Shown piece by piece: positions 1-13,812 of a stretch of 64,000 bases of DNA. Made by a program: the position numbers and the translations under genes. How positions within the stretch are numbered: the stretch's first letter is position 1; each line of letters opens with the position of its first letter. Source of the DNA: Tubiluchus corallicola (Eukaryota; Animalia; Priapulida); assembly GCA_030141605.1 (NCBI GenBank), contig JAQGDQ010000371.1:124001-188000 (forward strand). Direction: 5' to 3'. The notes beneath the pieces are model-generated. The model saw only the letters and a program-made list of their open reading frames with translations, ran no database searches and was not told where the DNA came from.

Positions 1-470
1 TGTAGAACGGATAATAAAACACGGACCACTGCTACGTGAAATATGGATGCCGATCTCCTATATATTAAAGGAAGACAGGATGATTTTTCATATATTACCC
101 CATTTGCAAGTCCGATAAAAAATATACATTTTAACACAATTGATACAGCAAAAGCGTTTCTGGTAATTAAATAGTACATTAAAAACTTAACTGGCGGGCA
201 AGCCCAACTATTTATTACGTCACAAACTAACATAATTTTCAACAGCAAAAATATTCCATGTAAGTCATTTTTAGTATGTTTCCTTTCAATATTTTAAAGA
301 GTTAATCGTTTTGACATACAGTTTAAGATTGGGTCGGGCTTTGCTTTAACATTAATAGCTTTATGCATGTTTCCAACTCGGGCTTTTTCTCTAACACCTG
401 CCTGTTCACGTTAATGAATGAAATTCTAAAAACACACAGGTGTTTCATAACTGAAAACGAATCGTAATTT

Positions 471-1990
471 AGCAGTTTCTTTATGCACAAGATTACGCGG
501 GAACTTGCACAAGAAAAGTACTGCAAATCAGATACGCGTGCTATTGGAGGAAAGTTGCAGTTCTTTAGGTACAAGATTACGCAGGAACTTGTACAAGAAA
601 AGTACTGCAAATCAGATACACGTACTATTGGAGGAAAGTTGCAGTTCCTTAGGTACAAGATTACGCAGGAACTTGCGCAAGAAAAGTACTGCAAATCAGA
701 TACGTGTGCTATTGGAGGAAAGTTGCAGTTCTTTAGGTACAAGATTATGCAGGAACCTACACAAGAAAAGTACTGCAAATCAGATATGCGTGCTATTGGA
801 GGAAAGTTGCAGTTCTTTAGGAACAAGATTACGCAGGAACCTACACAAGAAAAGTACTGCAAATCAGATACACGTGCTATTGGAGGAAAGTTGCAGTTCT
901 TTAGGTACAAGATTACGCAGGAACCTGCACAAGAAAAGTACTGCAAATCAGATACGCGTGCTATTGGAGGAAAGTTGCAGTTCTCTAGGTACAAGATTAC
1001 GCAGGAACCTGCACAAGAAAAGTACTGCAAATCAGATACACTTGCTATTGGAGGAAAGTTGCAGTTCTTTAGGAACAAGATTACGCAGGAACCTGCACAA
1101 GAAAAGTACTGCAAATCAGAGACACGTGCTATTGGAGGAAAGTTGCAGTTCCTTAGGTACAAGATTACGCAGGAACCTGCACAAGAAAAGTACTGCAAAT
1201 CAGATACACTTGCTATTGGAGGAAAGTTGCAGTTCTTTAGGTACAAGATTACGCAGGAACTTGTGCAAGAAAAGTACTGCAAATCAGATACACGTGCAAC
1301 TGGAGGAAAGTTGCAGTTCTTTATGCACAATATTACACAGGAACTTGCATAAGAAAAGTACTGCAAATCAGATACGTGTGCTACTGGAGGAAAGTTGCAG
1401 TTCTTTAGGTACAAGATTACGCAGGAACCTACACAAGAAAAGTACTGCAAATCAGATACGCGTGCTATTGGAGGAAAGTTGCAGTTCTTTAAGTACAAGA
1501 TTACGCAGGAACTTGTACAAGAAAAGTACGGCAAATCAGATACACGTGCTATTGGAGGAAAGTTGCAGTTCTTTAAGTACAAGATTACGCAGGAACCTAC
1601 ACAAGAAAAGTACTGCAAATCAGATACGCGTACTATTGGAGGAAAGTTGCAGTTCTTTAAGTACAAGATTACGCAGGAACCTACACAAGAAAAGTACTGC
1701 AAATCAGATACGCGTGCTATTGGAGGAAAGTTGCAGTTCTTTAAGTACAAGATTACGCAGGAACCTACACAAGAAAAGTACTGCAAATCAGATACGCGTG
1801 CTATTGGAGGAAAGTTGCAGTTCTTTAAGTACAAGATTACGCAGGAACATACACAAGAAAAGTTCTGCAAGTCAGATACGCGTACTATTGGAGGAAAGTT
1901 GCAGTTCTTTAAGTACAAGATTACGCAGGAACTTGCATAAGAAAAGTACTGCAAATCAGATACACGTGCTATTGGAGGAAAGTTGCAGTT
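471..1990. repeat. 84-bp tandem minisatellite, about 18 copies
   Basis: Unit ACAAGATTACGCAGGAACTTGCACAAGAAAAGTACTGCAAATCAGATACGCGTGCTATTGGAGGAAAGTTGCAGTTCTTTAGGT recurs at 487, 571 and onward; it produces the 28-aa periodic ORFs in three frames. Confidence 0.97.
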
Positions 1991-2022
1991 ATATATATAT
2001 ATATACATATATGTATGTATAT

Positions 2023-2265
2023 AAGAAAGACACGAATGTAAAACGGTGCAATGCGATCAAGTAGCGTTGGACTTCTAAATATAAAAGTAACTAATTCAAA
2101 TCCAGACTTACTGCTCACTTTTTCAAGCATTCTTTCTTAATTGTTAACACCTTTTTTGAAAAATCAATACTATTGTTATGTTCTCGTGTCATCATACATG
2201 TTTTTATAGTGCAAGACACAAGATGAATGAAAATTAACACAATTATTTTTCATTCTTGTTCTAAT
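2023..2265. repeat. ~240-bp dispersed direct repeat, copy 1 (copy 2 at 3899-4127)
   Basis: AAGAAAGACACGAATGTAAAA...CTTGTTCTAATA aligns with 3899-4127 apart from scattered substitutions and small indels. Confidence 0.85.
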
Positions 2266-3898
2266 AAACTGAGTTTAAGCATTTCTTTTTAAGAATTTCC
2301 AGCTAATATATATATCATATAAATGATATATGTATAATTTATATCGTGTTTATTCGTACTCATGGTACAATCACATTAAATAAACAAACAGATCAACAAG
2401 CAATATATATATATTAGAACAAAATTCAAACTATCCAGCCACCTCTCCGTGCGCGCTGTCATGTAAATCTGGATCGCTTTATCATAAAGCAAAACATCAT
2501 TGCGCATCAGCCACGCGACCAGCATTATCCGCTTTAACCCTTTCCCCTCGTTCACGTGGCTGCCTGCCTGCCACTCAAGTCAACAATGTTTTCGTTACAT
2601 GTCATTAACAAATTAAACAAGCCTTAAAAAGGCTTTTGTGAATGCGCTGTTTGATTTAATGTAATTTATACAAGTCATTTGGAATGCTATTAATTTGAAA
2701 GCGCACAGCTGTGGCGGCGGGCGCCCATGGCAGCAGATTTACACACGTGGATTGATTTTACAATTCAATTAAGTTGCAAAATTTGTAACGGGGCATGAAC
2801 GATGCATGTTATTGATATGAATTAGGCGATTACGGGCGTCGAAATCGGCGTAACTGCGCAGCGATTTGGGTAGCATTTGCGCGTAAGAACTTCCTAAAGC
2901 TGTCAACATGCCGCTTTGGTTAGTATGAGCGATTGCACGAAAATTATGAACCGGCAATGTTTTCACATTACTTTAAAACGCATTCGCCTTCATCAATAAT
3001 AATAATATTATTTATAGGCAATAAAGTAATGACAGCTGATTGGATGGTTAGGTGGAAAACACAAGTATACTCACACTACGTGAAAGAAACAATGAGCATT
3101 GATTTGTTATAATAACTGACGCACGGATAGCTAATAGGTAGTAAATTTGGCCACTTAACAATGATTAACAACTGGAGTTTCAGGCAAAGTTGAATCATTT
3201 TCGGGTTACCTGCTTGCAAAGTAACTTTATAAATCCGTCTATTTCGCTGTGGTGCTCTTACGGTTCTCACTTTCATCTAGTAAGTTTTTAGCTAACTTTT
3301 ATACTGTGACATCATAATAGGGTTACTCCCTATTCTACATTTTTGCAATAGAAAACGGATTTCATAGCAACGACAAACGGTGTTCTAAATGAACTACAGT
3401 ATACACCAAGAAACGGATTCCATGACAACAATAAATGCACAATAACTGTTAGTAGATACGAACTCGGAGAACGACTAACATTCCTATACCAAACAAACAC
3501 ACGATGTGTTTAATATAAATAACTTTGACCCACAACTAAAATGTTCAGTTCTTCTTTCTGACAGTCCTTAACTAAGTTATGATTAGAACATCACCATATT
3601 TGACCTTGTGCAGCTACATATGGTTAATCTAACCATTGCAATCATTTTAATTAACATCTGGAATTTTGTGATAGATTTACTTTTTCCTGCCAAACTGAAC
3701 TCTTGTAATTTTTCAGCTTGAAACAACCCGATCAGCATTTATTTGCTATTTACCAATAATAATTATTTCAAATAAATGTGTTTATATGAAAAAATAATCA
3801 CATTCTAAAAGGCAGATACAACAGCTAGTTGGGCTAAAAAATCAATAAGCGAGTAGGCCAATGCTTCACATTCCTGACTAGTTCAAATGAAATTAGAC

Positions 3899-4224
3899 AA
3901 GAAAGACACGAATGTAAAATGGTGCAATGTGATCAAATAGTGTTGGACTTCTAAATATAAAAGTAACTAATTCAAATCCAGACTTACTGCTCACTTCTTT
4001 CTTAATGGTTAACATCTTTTTGGAAAAACAATACTTTTGTTATGTTCTCCTGTCATACATGTTTTTATAGAGTAAGGCACAAGAAGAATGAATATTAACA
4101 CAATTACTTTTCATACTTGTTCTAATACATCTTATATAATATAATTTTCTATAATATAACACAATTTTCATTCTTCTTGTGTCTTACACTATAAAAACAT
4201 GTATGACACAAGAACATAACAAAG
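3899..4224. repeat. ~240-bp direct repeat, copy 2, followed by a ~60-bp inverted copy of its 3' part (about 4036-4100 vs 4160-4224)
   Basis: Matches 2023-2265; 4160-4224 is the reverse complement of about 4036-4100. Confidence 0.8.
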
Positions 4225-7200
4225 TTTTCAAAATATCTTATATATATATATATATATTATATATTATATATACACCTAATATATATATATATATCATTTA
4301 TACGTACTCATGATACAGTTACATCAAATAAACAAACAGACAACAAGCAAAATAACATTAATTAACAAGATTAGTAAGCAACGTGAATATCTACAATTAA
4401 GTGAGAGTAAGATATGTTAGTATGGTGTAAATAATAATAGAATCGTTAGTTAAATGTTATTATTTGATAACAAAATTTCTATATCTATATTCCATCAAAC
4501 CATTGCCAGTTTAACTCTTTAAAACAAATAAGTTTTCTGTAACTAGTAAGAGCTTCTGGTGCCCCTGATTAGAGATGCCCGGCCTAACAGAAAATTACAG
4601 GTATGGCAGGTTTTAAAGCTACCTAGCTACAAGGCTGCCTTTCTGGACTCATCTTACAGAAGTAAAGAAAAATGGCTGCCAGTGAGGCCTTGAATCAGCA
4701 AAACAGACACAAAATAAAAAGTGAGCTTTTAACAACTGATTCACAATTCACAGTATCCTTTTTTCTCTTGAATCAGCTTAGACCTGAATCAGATGCGCAC
4801 TAAACCAAAACAAAGAAAAATATACATCACGTTGGTAACAAATGAGAAGCCTACCTCACTAATATATTTTCCCAATTTTACTTTTTAATACAATGGCGAG
4901 CAAAACAGCTTCTCAAATAATTAATTAAATTTTGAAACCCAAAGAAACTGCATAAATTTATAATATAGACCATTACTTCAATTATTGTGTAACATGTACG
5001 CCAATGGTTTTAATTTTAAAGCATCAGTCAAGCTTATCAACCAGAATAATAAAGCATAATGGTTACATAATACAGTATAATAACATAGATCTATTTCCCT
5101 ATAGTAAGATAATCAATCAACGGTATTATAATAATCTTTATTTGGCATAAAAAAATCGATATTCATAACTATAAAAGCATAAAAGAACATCGTTGCATGA
5201 GAATAAAATTCACACAACTGTTAAAGGCAAACGCGTCCAGTGCAAACTAAAAACTACTATGCCAAAAATTTAAAACAAAATATACATTATAATATTACAT
5301 GGAAATTATAATAGGCTATATACAATATATACATATAATTTAAAATGGACGTGGATAAATAAAATTTGTGGATGAATATATATTATCGTTTACGTATGTT
5401 GGGTTTTCAAAACGATTTAATGCCGTATTGGTAAAGGTGCAAACTTAATTTAATGTAATGACGATCAGAAGAGTTAGGTAACTGTTTCGCTCATTTTATG
5501 ATTGTTTATTCATGTGTACATGCTGTTGTTTTTTGTCTGTTTATATTCGAGTATATTTTAATGCTGAGCCAAATGAAACTGAGAAAAATGATTACCGCAA
5601 GGCAGAATAAATTCTTATCTCTTATCTTATCTAATATTTAATTCAAATTGCCGAAATACCTTGGCCAGTACTTAACAGAAAAAATGCATTCGTGGATGAA
5701 ATACCTTTTTAAAAAATGTTGTTTTTAAAATAAAGCCAGTACATCAAAGTATCTGCCTGAAAGCTGGGTAAACTGTATTTCATTGATGCCACGAAAGCAT
5801 AACTGCTTATTTAAAATTTTCATATGCATCCAATAGGTGGCATCACTTTCTCAAAACCACCAGTAGCTTTGGATCATTACACTTAACCAACATATAATCT
5901 TGAATATCATTTTTGCATGAATTCATATATGGAATTGTTGCACTTTCTCAATGGTAACATACTTCAAGGCTTCATCACCATGAGTATGGCAACGGTACAA
6001 AATGAAGCCCAACTTTTGTAACACCAAAATTACAATTACCAATAACATTACCAAAATGATAGGCCTAAGGGTGCATCACACTTTATCTCAACATTATATT
6101 TTTGTTTAGAGATACATGAGAGATCTACCAATAATTGTAGATTCTAACACTGCATGTTTATCTTAAAACGTTACACGAAAAATGCATTCTTGTTTAAGTG
6201 TGCAGTTATAAGACCAGACGATTGTTTAGACTCAATCTCATTTTAATTTACTGTCCAAAATATACATTTTCTTGCCTATAAAAGTTAGCAGTTGCTTCTT
6301 ATATTTGAATAATTAGCTAAAAAGTTGATTAACGGCAACTGAACACAGCTATTGCTTATTGTCAGAAACTAACCACAGTTTGCGCAATGGCAGGCATCTT
6401 CCCTTGCACGTCAAGAACATTTGCGTGTTACAGTACTGTTTAAACGTATGATGTCACGAAAATGGGCTCTACGCCATATGATGTCAGAAACTAACACTGC
6501 AGTTCATGATCATGATTATCATGGTACAGCCTTCCATTTGTCGGACATGCACATGTTACAACAAGGCGCCGATGTCAATCTTAGTAGATTCACTGAGCCG
6601 CGCGTAGCTTTGAAAGTTTAACAAAATTTGAGTATCCGAGGTAATTGTTATTTAATCTAAGCTTTGATTTATAAAAAGCTATTGTAGTTTTCAATATTTT
6701 AGAGCATTCTTTATTTTGAACTCGTGTTTACACAATTGTCCAGTTTTCTTTTAATATGTCATAGTGCAGCAATACATTTAGCATGCTACACAAATACTTT
6801 ATACACAACAATGGAAAAGTAAGGAAACTACATTCATCTGACAAATTTCATGGAGCATGCAGACTGATTTGGGAAAGGTGATAGGGCAAATGAAGGGACA
6901 GAGGCCAAACCTGATAATGATTCTGACGAGTCTCCAAGCCAATCCCCTGCGGGGTACAAATTCCACACATTTTTGGAGACTACATAAGCCGTGTTACAAG
7001 ATAAAACCAAGAAAATTATTTTTAATATTTTTTATATTAATACTCTGTTACTATTAAATCCACCTTTTTAATTTATATGGACAGGTATAGCAAAGGTTTA
7101 TATATTACTACCTCTTCATCTCTTGGTATAAAAGAGTCACATACAAATAAATGATTACACGGTAATGCATACCTGTATGCAGCAGCTAAATTTTTGCTCT

Positions 7201-9560
7201 GGGAGGCTCATGCTTTTAGTTCAACTATTTTTCTGTTGCTGAAATCCAATTAGCATGTTCTCCATAAATTAGAGTTGTCAGACTAGATGACTTTTATCTT
7301 TTCAGCTATGATCCTAATATAATTTAAAAATTGACTTGTGCTTCTGCTTTTGGTAGTAACGCTTGTCTTTGATATCGCTTTCCCTTTGCGGCACATGCTA
7401 AAACAAAGCTCGTGTTCATACAACCTGCTTTGGTGCTAATTCAGAAATAAAGAGAACGACAGAACCCTTCAAGAAAATAGTTATGTGCAAGCTATTAGTT
7501 GGACGTGTTTAAAGTTCAGTGTTTTGAAAGTCATTCTTTTAAATGTCTGTCTTTTGTCAGTTTTGAAGAACTGTGTGCACTAGACATTATAAATTATTAG
7601 TTGAAATGTTATTTATCCTCAAATCGCGCAATATTTGTTTAAAATCAGATTTAAAACACTGAATATAAACATTATCGGGTCCGTGGATATGGGCGGCTAG
7701 TACTGTAGCACAGAGACTGTTATTAAACGTAGGTTTGGTTTTGTTTATTTATTAGCACAGAACAATAGTAATAAACTAGTTTAACTCGTAATTTTCTTAA
7801 AAAATAACTCATTATTTTACCAGTTTAAGTTTACAATAGAAAATTTAATGATTTTTATTCACTAACTATTACCAACTAAAGTTTATAAACTTACTAAACT
7901 TGTTTTCCTTGCAAGTTTCCAACTTTTCATTCCCGCGTTGACAATTTCCTATAAACCAGACGCACCGAACATTTCAGACGTGGCTTTAATTTTTGTCTAT
8001 CGCCACATTTTATTAACGCCGAAACCAAACAAAATTATGAAGCACTCTTCTGCCCTTGTCGAAGAGTGGGGATAAAAGACAGGAGGAAGAGGAGCAAGAA
8101 GAAGGATAATAATGCATTACGACAATAACTTTGGATAGCGATAATATGTTAATAAAGAAACGATAACAAATTAACAATAACAATAATAATAATAATAATT
8201 AACAATCCCAAATTTCAATTCAGAAAATATAATTATGTTTGCAATTACAACTGCTTCACACGTGCATTTCTTTCGTTAAATTTTATAATCTGTACATAGC
8301 CAAATCAAAAAGACAGAAAGCAGAATTATGTACCAAAATTTAATGTCCTCTTATTCTACCTCTTAGATTCTGTGTAGTCTTTTTTTGTTTGTGCTACACG
8401 ATAGATTAAAGTTAGAATTTTAGTGAAAATTCTACAGAATTATTTTAGTGTAAATTAATGCTATGGCAGAATTAATATAGATGTTCTATATTAAATTGTA
8501 CAGCAAAATTAACGTAGCTATTCCGCCTAAATTCTAGTGTAGATTTAATAACATTGTATTTTAGTGGAAGTTTGTAGCTATTCCGCGCAAAACCTCTGAT
8601 GGACTTTTGGATTTACAGATTGCGCTATGAAACTCATACATGTGCAATTTTTTTTTGCATTTTGCAAGTGTAGCAACTTTTGGATGGGATTTAATTTTGT
8701 ACACTTCTTAATTGTGTATCAAATTAAGTTCCACATTAAATAAATGTGTACCTTTGGCATTGGTTTTCTTTTCCAGGTATATACGGAAGATTTATAATAC
8801 GATAATCGGACACATTAACAATTTAAACGAATATAACTTTATTACAGCTATTTATTCTCAATAAAACTACCAACTTCAGAAAAGGTAATCAACACTGACA
8901 TTATTACAAGTATATTGAATTCACAAATCAAACGTTTTAACACAAAAAAAATTGTCTCGGATTAAAGGTATCTGCATTTTTATTTCTACTAAATATTTCA
9001 ATATCTATCTAATGCAAACTTAGATAAAATAAAAAAACTGATTTAGCGAAATACTGGCCTGTATAAGTTGCGCACTGTTTCTCTGCAGTTGTAATTAAGG
9101 TGCTCAATATAAAAATTCAGCGCCATTTCACATTTCGCATAAATCTGAATCAGCATACTTCGCTGACAAGAAGAAGAAAATTTTTCAACGAATATAATAA
9201 TTATTATCAGTTAAATAATTAATAATTTTGTAGCTCATAATAAGACGCTACTTGAGCTTTTTTAACAACTGAACCACTAGCTTCAGTGCCTTTATCAAAA
9301 ATAAATTAAGATAAACAACACACAACATGACCTCCTGCTCCATGTTTGCAAGCTGATATTGAGTTGTAGCTGCTGTTTGCTTGGCTTGATAACATTTGCG
9401 ATTAATTTCTGAAACAAAAATTATTATAACAACAGTTAAACACAATTAAACAATTATAATTATATAATTATACATACATATATAAACTTATATACATATA
9501 TACTTTTATGTAACACCATGCATAATATTCACTAACACAGTTCAACAAAATTGGCAATTG

Positions 9561-9600
9561 GTGGCGCCACTGGACAAGAAGCGTTGAAAACATGGCGGCT
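9561..9600 (+). promoter_or_regulatory. PFDN5 proximal promoter/start region: palindrome GTGGCGCCAC and YY1-like AACATGGCGGC overlapping the start codon
   Basis: Motifs read directly from the sequence; YY1-like sites over the ATG are common in housekeeping genes. Function is inferred. Confidence 0.4.
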
Positions 9601-9678
9601 CCCAACAAAAGCCAGCAGGTTGAAATTTCTCAATTGCCAGTTCAACAATTGGAACTTTTGCGACAACAAGTAGAGCAA
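9592..9678 (+). CDS. PFDN5: Prefoldin subunit 5, coding exon 1 (MAAPNKSQQVEISQLPVQQLELLRQQVEQ)
   Basis: ATG in AAACATGG context, GTGAGT donor at 9679, phase 0; resembles the PFDN5 N-terminus (I..L.L.QLE.L..Q..Q). Confidence 0.93.
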
Positions 9679-12043
9679 GTGAGTGATATAATCATACACT
9701 AGACTAATGAAGGATTGGGTTATGTTATATTACATGCAGATTAACGATTTATTTATTTCAAACGTGAGTCACTTTTCCTGCCTACAATTTGCAAAATATA
9801 TTTTAAAAATTAATTAAAAAATTAAAGGTGTGGCCAAGGCACAATAGTTATTAAATCAGCCCACTCCATGAATTACTTAAATTAGTTTGGGTGAGAGTGG
9901 TACAAACAAAAAAGTAGGATCTTCATTATGCATTTACAATGATTTAGCGTATTGAGGAAATTTGCAATTTTTATCTAGATAATACAATTGAAATTTTTAA
10001 ATTAGGTAAATTATATACATAAAGAATAGTTACACGTACTATCACTAGCTCATCCGTAATATACCATGACATTATGTAATCAAGACTGCTATTAATGCCA
10101 AACTTCTCATTTGTGCTCCCATATTTCTGACCTGAAGCCAAATTTTATGTATTTTGTTTAGGCGTTTTACAGACTATGTTTAGATCTATCCAAATTGTTT
10201 GTTTTGTTATTGTATTAATGAAATTTGTTAATTAAATGAAAGAATGGTTATGCTTAAGTATCACCTGACATGCAGCGTGCTTCTGTAACAGGTTGTGTGC
10301 AATCGATATAAGTGTTGCCAGCCTAGCACCAATTCAGAAATTGGCTTGCGTAGTTGAAGTGAACACTGTAGTACAAGACGTATAGAGTCAGCTGGTTCAC
10401 TTATTGCACTTATTTTATATTTAAATTTACTAATTTGTGTGCTTGCATAGCAAAATTGTTCATAAGTCGGCAATTAGCCTTTTCTAGCTATTCACATATC
10501 CTGAATCTCCATTTCATAAGGATCAGTTTGATACCAAGCTCATTGCTCTATGTCATTTCTAAGCTGAGATAATCCACGGCGAAGCTGAGGTGCACGTTTC
10601 GCACTGAAAAGCGTGATCTTGAGAAAATTGCTGTTAAAGTCTGCCATTGTTTTTCTCGTGTCTCTACAAAACACTTAGCAATCGTACGAAAGTGTGGTTG
10701 CTATGGACTTTGCAAGAACACATTGAAGTTATGTTTACATCCAGTAGATGGCTCTTTCTGGCGAAAATTTGGGCTTGTCAACAGAAAAAACCCAAAGCAA
10801 AATGACTGCTTCCACGAGCTACAATCAGAGTTTGAAAATACAAGTTCTTTGCAATTTCAGTACTAGTTTCTAGGCAGAGAAATGGGCACGGGGTTATAAA
10901 ATTAAATTTTTAGTACTTTTTGGACATTTTCTTGATAATTTCTTGCTAGAATATAAAAGTCCAATATATTTAGCGTTTGTTTTTATAACAAACAAAAAAT
11001 TCACATATTTTGACTAAATTTTTGGTGCATTCTACTTTGAAGCATCATAACATAATTTTCTCTGTGCCGACTTGTGGACAGTTTTGGTTTGCAAGTACAC
11101 ATCTAGTGCTTAAATTTCTGCAAACTATAATGGCAGTTTATAACTTTTTTGCTGCAGCACAGTCAATGGATTGTTTTACAATTTTGATTTCAGTTTGTAA
11201 CAAAACAACGTATGTTGTGTAATTATGACCTGCGACTCGATTTCGCATACAGGTTTTGCCTAATTATTTGAATCCTTGCAGGCCTTATCACCAGAAGAAT
11301 CTGAAAGAAATTCAGTTATTTAAGAAAAACAGACGCGGTCCTTAAATTTATTTAAATACAGCAAACAAAATGAGTTAAATTTCACCATGAAGCTTCACTG
11401 AAAACCACTTGATGTGTTCATCAGCCAAAATGGTTAGGCCTTGTTAAATTGTTACTATCAGACAAAAAGCCAACATACTATGTATTTACAAGTTAAAAAC
11501 CACTAAAATAATTACACTAACTTTGATTTTGATTTCGCCTTTGTTACATAGCAAAAAATAAAAATGCTGCTTACTTATTGATTGTAGTGTTAGTTTATTA
11601 AAATGGGAATTAATAAATTAAAATGCCAAAGATAATTTTTTAAAATCAAATCAAATTTTATTTGCTACTCACAAGCAATTTCCAGGGTAAGAAATGCATC
11701 AATTGTAGGAAATGGGATGAAAATTCTGACAGGTTTGCAATTTTTAGATATTGGGTTGCCTAACTATTGTTTGGATAGTTCCTGGAAAATCAAGATGTCT
11801 AACATTAATGGAGTGTGTGTAACAGTGTTCTGGATTAGTAATTTTAATTTGCGCAGGAAATTAATTTAGGCTAAAGGAATTTAAGCATGAATAAGTTAGC
11901 TTTTTCACGGTACCATTGTGTTACTGACAAATTATAAACATTTCAAAATGTACTTCATATATGTTAAACAGTTACATTTCTGCAATAATAACAATATTTG
12001 AAAGTGGTAAAAGTTAAGTTTGAAAGTTATGTATACCTGCAAG

Positions 12044-12539
12044 CAGTGGCGGCTCGTAGCTAAAATTAGTGGTGGTGCTGCAAAATTAAAAATTTTATAG
12101 CCATTGTTTTAATACTGTCTAGAACAAAACAAACGTATGTAATTATAATGTTGTAATTGTAGTTTTAAACAAGCAAACTAATTTAAACATAACCTTGACA
12201 AACTCCTAAACAAAAAATATTATTTTCTTACGAATAGCCTAAATTGTCGCAGTTCAAGAATATGCCGACACACGGCTTTTAAACACGTGACAACTGACAA
12301 CACATACTGCAGTGAGCGACAGTACTCTTTCTCCCTAAAATGTAGCGTCTTATCAACAGCCAAATGCCTCCTTGCTTGGGCTGTGAAGCAAAATGTACTT
12401 GCCTCACGTGCTTCGGTTCCGCACAAGTGTAAAGAGAGAACTAGAGAAAAAAGACTTATTGTATTGAGTGTTATCGATAATAATGAGTGAAAACAGAGGG
12501 TGCTGCAGTACCACAGTACCTATACACGAGCCGCCATTG
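12044..12539. mobile_element. hAT-type MITE (same family as 26527-26965)
   Basis: TIRs CAGTGGCGGCTCGT / ACGAGCCGCCATTG; degenerate 8-bp TSD CCTGCAAG/GCTGTAAG; second copy in opposite orientation at 26.5-27.0 kb. Confidence 0.85.
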
Positions 12540-12573
12540 GCTGTAAGATAAAATATGTTTAAAGAAAAAATCG

Positions 12574-12861
12574 ACCAGACGGTTTAGTCTAGTGGTAATA
12601 CGTCTGCTTTCCGTCTGTGAGGTCGTGAGTTCGAACCAGCGGCCGGGTCATACCAAAGACTTTAAAAATGGTACCTGCTGTTGCCCTGCCTGACGCGAGG
12701 TATTTAGGGTAAAAGTGGGGTAATAATAGTCTCTGTTATGTAGTTGTAGGTTGTTATTTACAGGCGGCGATAATAGCTCTTTCAGCTAATCTTAATTGTT
12801 GACCCAAAAGCCAACTTTAAATAAAGATTATTATTATTAGTAGTAGTAGTAGTAGTAGCAG

Positions 12862-12892
<31 letters not shown>

Positions 12893-12910
12893 GTAGTATT
12901 ATTATTATTA
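12574..12910 (+). mobile_element. tRNA-derived SINE with a Meta-SINE-like central domain and (TTA/TAG)n tail
   Basis: A box TAGTCTAGTGG, B box GTTCGAACC, then GGGTCATACCAAAGACTTTAAAAATGGTACCTGCTG (recalled MetaSINE core), AATAAA and a simple-repeat tail. Confidence 0.8.
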
Positions 12911-13060
12911 TGTGAAGACATAATTATATAAGCTATAGATTGGTTCAAGCTAAACACCGTAAAAACATATGGTATTATTTGTGTTTAACTAACAGTGCAA
13001 AATCAAACTAGCTTAATAATATGCATACATGCTATGCTTAAAACTGTTTCATTTTTCTAG

Positions 13061-13195
13061 GAAATGGAAGTGCTGACTAGTTCACTTCAACAACTGAAGA
13101 TGGCGCAGCAGAAATTTACCGAATCTGAGCAGACTCTTTCCTACATGACAAAAGATGCTGAAGGCAGTGAGATGCTTCTGCCACTAACCAGTTCT
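13061..13195 (+). CDS. PFDN5: Prefoldin subunit 5, coding exon 2 (EMEVLTSSLQQLKMAQQKF...LLPLTSS)
   Basis: TTTTCTAG acceptor, conserved LLPLTSS motif, donor GTATTCTTT. Confidence 0.95.
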
Positions 13196-13774
13196 GTATT
13201 CTTTTTCAATTGCATTAGGTGTATATATATATATATGTTATTCCGTGCATTGTTCCAAGTATAAGTATCTTTATTTATCATCTTTTACAAGAAGAAAAAC
13301 ACAGTGTATAAAATGATAATATGATGCTCGCAAAGATACTTTGCTCAACTTGCTGTTGTGCATTTCAGGCCTGCAAACCGTTTGATGTAAAGATTAGTGT
13401 GTAATGTAGAAAGCCTGGTATCATGTGGCCCCTGGCAAGGTCCACGGAGGGCGACAAATTATGCCCCAGAAAATTTTTTTTCTTTTTTGGGTATCAAAAT
13501 CAAATTATCAAAAAACAAAGGTAATTCTTGGGCACTGCTGGGCATTCTTATACTGTTATTCAAGCTCAAATTGCTTTATACATAAATATGTTCTTTTGTG
13601 CATATGAAAAAGTTCAGTAGCACCTAAACGTGCTTAATTTTCAATAACTGTAATACCCTTTAGTATAATGTGCGTTGTGAGACTGATAAATGCTATTGTT
13701 TCGTGGAGAGTAATACTTAGGATTGACAGATTCGAAAATTAGAAATATGGAACACTTAAACTCTCTCAATATAT

Positions 13775-13812
<38 letters not shown>

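Noticed and set aside
323-2064. Long ORFs of 561, 519, 289 and 181 aa
   Set aside because: They are translations of the 84-bp tandem repeat; it is open in several frames on both strands, unit variants change amino acids freely, and there is no domain or splice context.
3209-3276. Possible minus-strand exon (MKVRTVRAPQRNRRIYKVTLQA) with AG/GT boundaries
   Set aside because: No recognisable homology and no partner exons could be assembled.
12574-12645. tRNA gene
   Set aside because: A and B boxes are present but there is no clean acceptor stem or terminator; it continues into a SINE core and tail.
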